Shown here in pieces: positions 56,686-64,000 of a DNA stretch of 64,000 bases. The translations under genes and the position numbers were made by a program. Location: NCBI GenBank assembly GCA_963793135.1, contig CAWBYX010000028.1, positions 119,886 through 183,885 on the forward strand, read 5' to 3'. Under the pieces are notes generated by a model. The model was not told where the DNA came from. It made no database searches and saw only the letters and a program-made list of their open reading frames with translations. Source of the DNA: an uncultured Verrucomicrobiae bacterium (GTDB taxonomy: Bacteria; Verrucomicrobiota; Verrucomicrobiia; Chthoniobacterales; JAFAMB01). Numbering within the stretch: position 1 is the first letter of the stretch; each line of letters opens with the position of its first letter.

Positions 56686-58311
56686 CTACTCTGCAGCGAC
56701 GTGGGCGCCCTTTTCGGCGACGGACCGCTTCATCCCGAGCACCATAAACGCGAGAATGAGGCTGACCACGGCAAAAATCAGGAAACAATCAAAGTAGGAA
56801 AGCGCTAAGGCTTGCTGGTCGCGCAGGTCCGAGAGGGATTGCACGGCCATTTGTTGCGCGCCGACTGGATCACCTGTTTGCTGCAGATAAGCAGGATTGG
56901 CTTGTGTGAGATAGGAGTTTACGGCGGGGTTCAGGGGATCGAGATACTCGCCCAGTCGCAACGAATGAAATTGTTCGCGGCGTTCCGTGATCGTCTGGCC
57001 CAACGAAGTGCCGACGCTGCCGCCCTCATTGCGCAAGAGCGCCAGCAAACCCACTGCCGAGCCGCGCAATGAACGGGGGATATAGATGTAGGCGGCTACA
57101 TTCAACGGCGCGAAGACCAGGCCGAGGCCGCCCACCATCACGACACGAGGCCAGATCACCTGCGAGGGAGCAATGTCCAGGTTCATCTGTGACATCCAGA
57201 AGTTGCCGGCAGCGACAATCAACAGACCGCACCCGATCAGCCAGCGGGCGTCTACCCCGCGGCCGAGTAGAGCGCCCACGATGATAATCGCTATGATCGT
57301 GAAGATCCCTGCAGGAGACAAGACCAGCCCGGCATGGAAAGCGTCATAACCGAAGAGCGATTCCAGCATGGCGGGCAACAGAGTACTCGAGCCGTAGAGC
57401 ACTCCGAAGCAGCAGAAAATAATGAGGCAAGAGAGGGCAAAGTTGCGGTCTTTAAGGGGCCGAAAGTTTACGATCGGGTTGGTTTGACGCGTTTCCCAGA
57501 AGACCAACCCGCAACCGCCCAAGATGAGCAAAGTCACAAGGGTTTGCACTCGTCCAAAAGCGTCGCCGAGCCAGTCCCACTCTTGTCCTTTGCTCAGCAA
57601 CACTTCCCAGCAAACGAGAGTGATGACCAGCAGCCCCAGGCCGATCGAATCGAAGCGCACCGGATTTTCGCGCAGCGCTTTCCGCGCGTTGCGAAGATAG
57701 TCCGGGTCCTGGACGGTGGCCCAGCAAAGAAAGAAGGCCAGGGCACCCACCGGCAAATTGATGTAGAAAATCCAGCGCCAGGAAAATTGGTCGGTGATAT
57801 AGCCGCCCAGGGTCGGCCCCAGCACCGGAGCGATGAGGGCTGCGACGCCAAAAAGGGTCTGAGCGGCGCCCTGTTTCTCGGGCGGAAAAGTGTCGAGGAG
57901 GATGCCTTGGCTGGAGGGTTGGAGCCCGCCCCCGGCGAGCCCTTGCACCACTCGAAACAGGATCAACTGATTGAGACTCGTCGCCATGCCGCAAAAGACC
58001 GAACTGATGGTGAAAACGGCGATTGAAAGAAGGAAATACCGGCGTCGTCCGATATTCGCGGCTAGCCACCCAGAGATGGGCAGGATGATCGCATTGGCGG
58101 CCAGGTAACTGGTGACCACCCATTCGCTATCGGTGACCGCCGCGGAAAGACCGCCGGCAATGTAGCGAAGAGCCACATTGGCGATAGTGGTATCCAGCAC
58201 CTCCATGAAGGTCGGTACGACCACCGCGAGCGCGACAATCCAAGGGTTCAAAGTCGGCCGCCCAATTGTCCCGCCCGGCGAAATAGACGCTGCGGACACG
58301 CTGGCGCTCAT
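56686..58311 (-). CDS. emrB: DHA2-family MFS multidrug efflux permease (EmrB/QacA-like, 14 TMS)
   Basis: 541 aa with the typical N-terminus (VVPTFMEVLDTTIANVALRYIAG) and motif LGPTLGGYI. Confidence 0.85.
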   Translation of the reverse strand: MSASVSAASISPGGTIGRPTLNPWIVALAVVVPTFMEVLDTTIANVALRYIAGGLSAAVTDSEWVVTSYLAANAIILPISGWLAANIGRRRYFLLSIAVFTISSVFCGMATSLNQLILFRVVQGLAGGGLQPSSQGILLDTFPPEKQGAAQTLFGVAALIAPVLGPTLGGYITDQFSWRWIFYINLPVGALAFFLCWATVQDPDYLRNARKALRENPVRFDSIGLGLLVITLVCWEVLLSKGQEWDWLGDAFGRVQTLVTLLILGGCGLVFWETRQTNPIVNFRPLKDRNFALSCLIIFCCFGVLYGSSTLLPAMLESLFGYDAFHAGLVLSPAGIFTIIAIIIVGALLGRGVDARWLIGCGLLIVAAGNFWMSQMNLDIAPSQVIWPRVVMVGGLGLVFAPLNVAAYIYIPRSLRGSAVGLLALLRNEGGSVGTSLGQTITERREQFHSLRLGEYLDPLNPAVNSYLTQANPAYLQQTGDPVGAQQMAVQSLSDLRDQQALALSYFDCFLIFAVVSLILAFMVLGMKRSVAEKGAHVAAE

Positions 58312-59816
58312 TGCGTGGTCGGCTTGGGGCTGGCGGATGAATCAGCAGGCTGGACCTGACTCTGCAAAAAATTGCCGGCATTTGGACCGTTGGGCGCCGT
58401 TCTTAAATCGACCGTCGGTGTGACCGAGAGGCCGACGAACAACGGTGCCTTGTCAGGGTCATAGTTCAGCACATCAATTCGCACCGGCAGCCGCTGCACC
58501 ACTTTGACGAAATTGCCCGTCGCGTTCTGGGCCGGCAACAGCGAGAGAGTGGACCCGGTGCCGTTCGTGAAACCGGAAATGCGTCCCTCGAATGTCTGTT
58601 TGCCGCCGTACATATCGAGCTCCAGCTCCACGCGCTGGCCAATGCGCAAATTGCGGATTTGGGTCTCCTTGAAATTCGCGTCTATCCAGATGTCGCGCAG
58701 CGAGCGGATCGCCATCAAACTCTGACCCACCTGGACATTGTTGCCGGGGTTCACATTGCGCCGGGTTATGACGCCGTCGATCTCCGCCACAATCTTGGTG
58801 TAGCGCAAATCCAGATTCGCCTGATCTAGATCACGTTGGGACTGCAGCAAACTCGCTTCCGCTTTTTTTAAGTCGGGTGCGCTCTGAACAATCTCTGCGT
58901 AAATTTTATCGATGTCGCCGCCTGGGTCGCGCCGGTAAAATTCCTCGATGACCTGCTTGGGCGTGAGATTGTAGGAAGACGCGGCAACGCCGAGTTTGGC
59001 GGCGTTCTGGAGCAAATCTGCCAACGCCTGGCGGACGGACGAGAAGGTCTGGTCGAGATTGGCCGGGACATCCCCCAGGCTCGATCCAGCGGGCGGTTCG
59101 GCGGGCAAACCGAGCGCCACCCGTGCTTGATGGATATTCTCCAACGCTTGCTGGACTTGCGCTTTGGCCACGTCCAGGGCCTCGTGCCTTTGGTCATATT
59201 CTTCAACGCTCACCACCTTACTAGCCACCAGATGTGCCGCCCGGTCGAACTCGGCTTGGGCAAGCACCAGGGTCGCCTTGCTCTGTTCCCAGGTGGCCAC
59301 CCGCGCCCGGATGATTGCGACTTGATTGTCCACATCCTCGATCGCTCGAATCAACTTGAAACGCGCACTTCGCGTTTGCGCCACCGAACCCCGAGCAGAG
59401 GCCTGAGCCACCACAAGTTCCGCCTGGGCAGAGTCGACAGCCGCCTGTTTGATTTCGACTTGCACTCGAAAGGGCTCGGGATCCAGCTCTACGAGTACAT
59501 CCCCTTTTTTGACGCGATTGTTATCTTCGACGAGAACGCGCATCACCTGGCCCGCGACGCGCGGCGCCACAAAGGTGACGTAGCTGTTCACGTAGGCGTC
59601 ATCCGTGGAGACCGTGTTCAGGGCGTGCAGCACCTTCGGAATGCCCATGAAAAGCGCGATCGCCGCCACCACCACGATGAGAGGTAAGACCCATTTTTTG
59701 CGTCGCTTTCGCGGAGGGCCAGCCGCCGGTTTGGGTGTCTCGGGATTTGCCGGGGGGGCCGGCGGTGCTGGTTTCGGTTCTTCGGCAGGCATTTCTCTTC
59801 TCCTTCTCTGTGGCAA
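58308..59816 (-). CDS. emrA: HlyD/EmrA-family periplasmic adaptor
   Basis: N-terminal anchor, biotinyl-lipoyl-like hairpin (VKKGDVLVELD), long coiled coil, beta-barrel; 4-nt overlap with emrB. Confidence 0.8.
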   Translation of the reverse strand: MPQRRRREMPAEEPKPAPPAPPANPETPKPAAGPPRKRRKKWVLPLIVVVAAIALFMGIPKVLHALNTVSTDDAYVNSYVTFVAPRVAGQVMRVLVEDNNRVKKGDVLVELDPEPFRVQVEIKQAAVDSAQAELVVAQASARGSVAQTRSARFKLIRAIEDVDNQVAIIRARVATWEQSKATLVLAQAEFDRAAHLVASKVVSVEEYDQRHEALDVAKAQVQQALENIHQARVALGLPAEPPAGSSLGDVPANLDQTFSSVRQALADLLQNAAKLGVAASSYNLTPKQVIEEFYRRDPGGDIDKIYAEIVQSAPDLKKAEASLLQSQRDLDQANLDLRYTKIVAEIDGVITRRNVNPGNNVQVGQSLMAIRSLRDIWIDANFKETQIRNLRIGQRVELELDMYGGKQTFEGRISGFTNGTGSTLSLLPAQNATGNFVKVVQRLPVRIDVLNYDPDKAPLFVGLSVTPTVDLRTAPNGPNAGNFLQSQVQPADSSASPKPTTQ

Positions 59817-59900
59817 TCAGGCGAAAACCCCGCAGTTGGCAGACGCATGCCAACGGGTCGGTTCTATTCGATCAGAGGGAAAGTCGTCAAGAAAGTAGTC

Positions 59901-60017
59901 AGGAGTGCAGGAGTGCAGGAGTGATGGAGTGATGGAGTGGTGGAGTGATGGAGTGATGGAGTGATGGAGTGATGGAGTGATGGAGTGATGGAGTGATGGA
60001 GTGATGGAGTGATGGAG
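59901..60017. repeat. Octanucleotide microsatellite: (AGGAGTGC)2 then (GGAGTGAT)12 with one GGAGTGGT variant
   Basis: Read directly: 59918-60013 is 12 consecutive 8-nt units. It lies about 85-200 nt upstream of the emrA start and downstream of mutM. Confidence 0.92.
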
Positions 60018-60114
60018 ACCTGGCCAGCGTTGGGGCTATCGAACCTTCTTTGGCATTCCGAGCTTTCGGGGATACTGAATCCTGAACTCCTGCAACTCCT
60101 GAACTCCTGTCTTC

Positions 60115-60910
60115 TCAATGTTGACAGACCGGGCACCAGGCTGTGGTGCGGCCGGCGATCGTTCCATGATCCAACAACGTACCGTCGCGTGGACAGCGAC
60201 CTCCTTTCTCCCAGCGATGATGGATCAGCCAATTTTTCGGCGTTTCGTTCAGGTCAAGACCGATTGTTTTCAAGGCCGTGCGGCAGATCGCGCGGCTGGT
60301 CCGCCAGAGATCCCGCTGTTGCGAGTCGTCCAAATCGCCAGCCAGCGTGGAGGGATGCAGCTTTATCTGCCACAGAATTTCATCGGCCATCCAGTTGCCG
60401 ACTCCCGGAAAAATGGCTCTGATCAAGCAGCGCGGCCTTGATCGGTGAACGACGCCCCCGGTGCAATTGTTCCCGCAATACGGCACGCGTAAAGCCGGGG
60501 GAAATCACCGAGGGCGGCAGATCTTTCCACCACTCCGGCTTTCCTTTGCCGAGCGCGAACCGGATACGTCCAAACATCCGGGGATCCGAAAAAACCAGGC
60601 TTCGCTTTTCCTGGAACAATACCAGGTGGTCGTGTTTACCGGGCAGAAATCCCTTGCCCTCGACCCGTAGCAGGCCGCTCATTCCGAGATGAATTCCGAG
60701 CGATGCTCCATGCGAAAAGCTGAAGAGCATCTGCTTCCCATGTCCCTCCGAACTGAGGAGTTTTGCGCCGATGAGCGCCTTTTCCAGCGCCCCGACCTCG
60801 GTGCCGCGAAATACGCGCTTTTGGGGATGCGTGGCGACCCCGGTTACCCGCGAGCCTAGGCCGGAATTCCATTGCCGGCGAAAATATTCAACTTCAGCGA
60901 GTTCAGGCAT
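60115..60910 (-). CDS. mutM: Formamidopyrimidine-DNA glycosylase, apparent 1-nt indel at the A5/T5 run at about 60411
   Basis: MPELAEVE N-terminus, H2TH (..IFPGVGNWMADEILWQ), C-terminal zinc finger (CPRDG...CPVCQ). ORFs 60380..60910 and 60115..60486 join at LLDQSHF|PGVGNW. Confidence 0.88.
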
Positions 60911-61250
60911 GGTGGGGGACGTAGGGGGGAAACGTATCGGCGTGTCGGCGTTGGGGCGTGTCGGCGTTCAGCGCTCGAGCCGCGTGCTGATATTTTGGCT
61001 CGGCGTGATAGGGCCGGCAAGCCCGAATGCGATCTGGTCAGATTCGTCGCTTTCGGCAGGGAGATGGGAGCACCTGCAGAATTCGCTTGCGGCGAGAGGC
61101 TAGACAGTCCAGATATTAAACCAGATGGTTAAACATTGGACCGTGACGAATTTGGCCATCAAGCTCGAAAAATATTTAGCACAGCTAGCGCAGAAAGTTT
61201 CTGCGCTCACCCACAACGAAGCAAACACCGGAAAAACCAAGACTACCTCT

Positions 61251-61646
61251 ATGGAACCCTCAGAAACAAAACATGGCCAGTTCAGCTGGAATGAACTAGT
61301 CACGAACGACCCAGTTGCGGCAACGAGTTTTTATAAGCAACTGTTCGGGTGGACGACGCAAGAATTCCCAATGCCCGATTTCACCTACACGGTTGTTAGT
61401 GCAGGCGGCGCAAATACTGGACAGGGCGGTATTATGCCGACACCACCGTCGGCGCAGGGCATGCCGCCGACCTGGATAAGCTACGTGACAGTGGATAGTG
61501 TCGATAACACGGCAAAGCAGGCGGAAAAGCTTGGCGGGAAAATTGTCCTGCCACCGCGTGATATCCCCGAAGTGGGCCGCTTCGCCGTGATCCATGACCC
61601 GCAAGGCGCTGCTCTTGCGATCATAACTTACGCGAAGAAACAATAG
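61251..61646 (+). CDS. VOC (glyoxalase/bleomycin-resistance fold) family protein
   Basis: HGQFSWNELVTNDPVAATSFYKQLFGW...WISYVTVDSVD...GGKIV.PP.DIPEVGRFAVIHDPQGA. The start is taken at the internal M (61251). Confidence 0.7.
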   Translation: MEPSETKHGQFSWNELVTNDPVAATSFYKQLFGWTTQEFPMPDFTYTVVSAGGANTGQGGIMPTPPSAQGMPPTWISYVTVDSVDNTAKQAEKLGGKIVLPPRDIPEVGRFAVIHDPQGAALAIITYAKKQ

Positions 61647-61851
61647 ATCAGATCGCCGTGGTCCAATCTTGAGTTCGACGAATGGAACGGCCAGAAGTTC
61701 CAGCTCGTCGACCTCGACTTCTCTACGTCGGGACCTGAAACGAACAATTGGTTATGGGATGAGTTGCGAGGCGATTGATGCGCCGCCGATCACCGATGCG
61801 AGGCGCTGATTCGCCGACACGCCGATCCGCCAATCCGTTACCCCTTCCCCC

Positions 61852-62604
61852 TCACACCGTCAGAGCCTCTTTCGCGGCCGCGATCGCATAGTCCCGATTC
61901 AAGCGTGCAATGAAGGTCGCGCTCACTTCGGCGGGGCAGATGGCTTCGCACTCGTAGTGATTTCTGCAATTCCCGAAACCGAGTTCATCCATTTGCCGAA
62001 CCATATGAAGAGCGCGGTTTTCGCGTTCTGCTTGACCTTGCGGGAGAAGACCGAGATGCGCGACTTTGGCCGAAACGAACAGCATCGCAGAGGAATTTGG
62101 GCATGCGGCCACGCAGGCGCCGCATCCAATGCAAGCGGCGGCTTCCATGGAGAGATCCGCGACATGCTTCGGGACCGGCAAAGCGTTGGCTTCGGGAGCG
62201 GAACCGGTTCGAACCACGATGTAACCGCCGGCTTCGATGATCCGATCAAATGCGCTGCGGTCGACCACCAGATCCTTGATCGGCGGGAAGGAGGTCGCGC
62301 GGAACGGTTCGATCCAGATCGTGTCTCCGTCGGCAAACTTCCGCATATAAAGCTGGCAGGTGGTACCTTTGCCAGGTCCGTGCGGGACACCATTGATGAC
62401 CAGTGAGCAGGTTCCGCAGATGCCTTCGCGGCAGTCCGAATCAAATGCAATCGGATCCTCGCCACCGTCGAGCAGGGTTTCATTAACGATGTCGAGCATC
62501 TCCAGAAACGAGGCTTCGGAAGGAATATCTTTCGCGTCGTAATCTTTGAAAGACCCGGGCGATGCCCCATCTTTTTGCCGCCAAACCTTCAGCTTGAAAT
62601 TCAT
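61852..62604 (-). CDS. sdhB: Succinate dehydrogenase/fumarate reductase iron-sulfur subunit
   Basis: Cys clusters [33 protein letters not shown]. The start [10 protein letters not shown] overlaps the sdhA stop (ATGA). Confidence 0.9.
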   Translation of the reverse strand: MNFKLKVWRQKDGASPGSFKDYDAKDIPSEASFLEMLDIVNETLLDGGEDPIAFDSDCREGICGTCSLVINGVPHGPGKGTTCQLYMRKFADGDTIWIEPFRATSFPPIKDLVVDRSAFDRIIEAGGYIVVRTGSAPEANALPVPKHVADLSMEAAACIGCGACVAACPNSSAMLFVSAKVAHLGLLPQGQAERENRALHMVRQMDELGFGNCRNHYECEAICPAEVSATFIARLNRDYAIAAAKEALTV

Positions 62605-64000
62605 TTGTAGCTTCGCTGGGATAGTTTCACATATTCGAAACTGAGCGACTCCTTGATCAGGTTCGGCGGTGTATCCAGGCCGGTGTGCTCCCACGCTGCC
62701 ACGTGGCAGTAATGTTCATCATCTCGCAACGCTTCGCCCTCTTTGGTCTGGGACTCGAGACGAAAATGGCCTCCGCACGATTCCTTCCGTTCCAAGGCGT
62801 CCAGGCACATCAGTTCTGCGAACTCCAAAAAATCTGCGACGCGTCCGGCATGTTCGAGCGCTTGGTTAAACTCCGCGCCATCGCCCAGGACATTCACGTT
62901 TTCCCAGAACTCCGCGCGCATGGCCGGGATTTTCTGCAGCGCCTCCTGGAGTCCCTGGGCGTCTCGGGCCATGCCGCATTTGTCCCAAACCAGAAGTCCC
63001 AGCTCCCGATGAAACGTGGTGGTGGTTTTCTTTCCTTTGATCGAGAGGAGCCGGCTGATGCGGGCTCCGGACCTCGTTTTCGACCGCCTTGAATTCCGGC
63101 TGATCAGCGGAAACCTTCTTGCCCATTTGCGTTGCCAGATAGTTAGCGATGGTGCTGGGAATCACGAAATAACCGTCGGAGAGGCCCTGCATCAGAGCGC
63201 TGGCACCCAGCCGGTTGGCTCCATGATCGGAAAAGTTCGCCTCTCCCAAAACGTGAAGACCAGGAACATTGCTCATCAAATTGTAGTCCACCCAGAGTCC
63301 ACCCATCGTGTAATGGACTGCAGGGTAAATCCGCATTGGCGTTTTGTAGGCATTTTCGTTCGTGATATTCAGATACATGTCGAACAGGTTGCCGTACCGT
63401 TCCCGAATTTCGCTTTCCCCATGGCGCCGAATCGCCTCGGAGAAATCAAGATAGACTCCTAGCCCGCTGGGTCCGACGCCCCGGCCTTCATCGCACACTT
63501 CTTTGGCGTTGCGCGACGCAATATCGCGGGGAACGAGGTTTCCAAAGCTCGGATATTTCCGCTCCAGGTAATAATCTCGTTCTTCTTCAGGGATCTGGTC
63601 GGGCGATCGTGGATCCCCTTTCTTTTTTGGAACCCAAACGCGGCCGTCATTCCGCAAAGACTCTGACATCAAGGTGAGTTTGGCCTGATAAATGCCACCG
63701 ACCGGAATGCAGGTCGGGTGGATTTGAGTGAAACAGGGGTTAGCGAAGAGAGCGCCTCGTTTATGCGCGCGCCAGGTCGCCGTCACATTGCAACCCTTGG
63801 CATTGGTCGACAGGTAGAACACGTTACCGTAACCCCCAGTGGCCAGGACCACCGCATCGGCCGCGTGGGTGTTGATCTCGCCGCTGACCAGGTTTCGAAC
63901 CACGATGCCTTTGGCGTGCCCGTTGACCAGCACCAGATCAAGCATTTCGGTTCTGGGGTACATTTTCACCGAGCCCTCCGCGATCGCGTGTTCGAGAGCT
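62601..64000 (-). CDS. sdhA: Succinate dehydrogenase/fumarate reductase flavoprotein subunit (5' end outside the window), apparent 1-nt insertion at about 63063 (CCC/GGG run)
   Basis: [22 protein letters not shown] motifs. ORFs 62866..63969 and 62601..62972 join as ..[10 protein letters not shown]|[22 protein letters not shown]... Confidence 0.9.

Noticed and set aside
59864-60232. 122-aa ORF with an ITPSLHHS repeat
   Set aside because: It is the translation of the 8-nt microsatellite (3 x 8 nt = 8 aa period) and overlaps the mutM 3' end. It is not a gene.
13690-63070. Programmed ribosomal frameshifting or recoding at the split genes
   Set aside because: The sites lie inside conserved domain cores of unrelated genes. 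They lack slippery heptamers or downstream structures, and several are simple homopolymer length changes. Assembly indels are the simpler explanation.

Overview
64-kb chromosomal window, mid-50s % GC by eye, probably from a soil PVC-type bacterium (Verrucomicrobiota-like gene content; tentative). All calls come from reading motifs by eye; no searches or computations were run. Most of the window is housekeeping: ssb-rpsF, pth-rplY-prs, dnaE, tRNA-Leu, a class A PBP, metG, an 11-gene nuoD-to-nuoN complex I operon, ndh, a UbiA-like prenyltransferase, metH, emrAB, mutM and sdhAB. Unusual content: (1) a co-directional PspA / YqiJ(NfeD)-like::zinc-ribbon::Ser/Thr-kinase fusion / flotillin / ECF-sigma cluster at 22.1-27.0 kb, which is my best candidate for an undescribed signalling system. 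(2) A heavily frameshifted SIR2-like + TIR + STAND-NTPase + WD40 (NLR-like, defence-type) gene at 1.1-4.7 kb. (3) A 3461-bp three-ORF IS21-family element that splits an SDR gene with an 8-bp target-site duplication, plus an older IstB relic. (4) Several large intergenic hairpin or tandem-repeat arrays built from short oligomer motifs (7.9-8.1, 14.0-14.2, 35.8-37.0, 52.4-52.8 and 59.9-60.1 kb). (5) A class A PBP whose transpeptidase SxxK motif reads TAFI. (6) A complex I operon that starts at nuoD and carries a small lipoprotein gene between nuoD and nuoE. About ten otherwise well-conserved genes carry one apparent 1-nt frameshift each, which looks more like assembly indels than biology.
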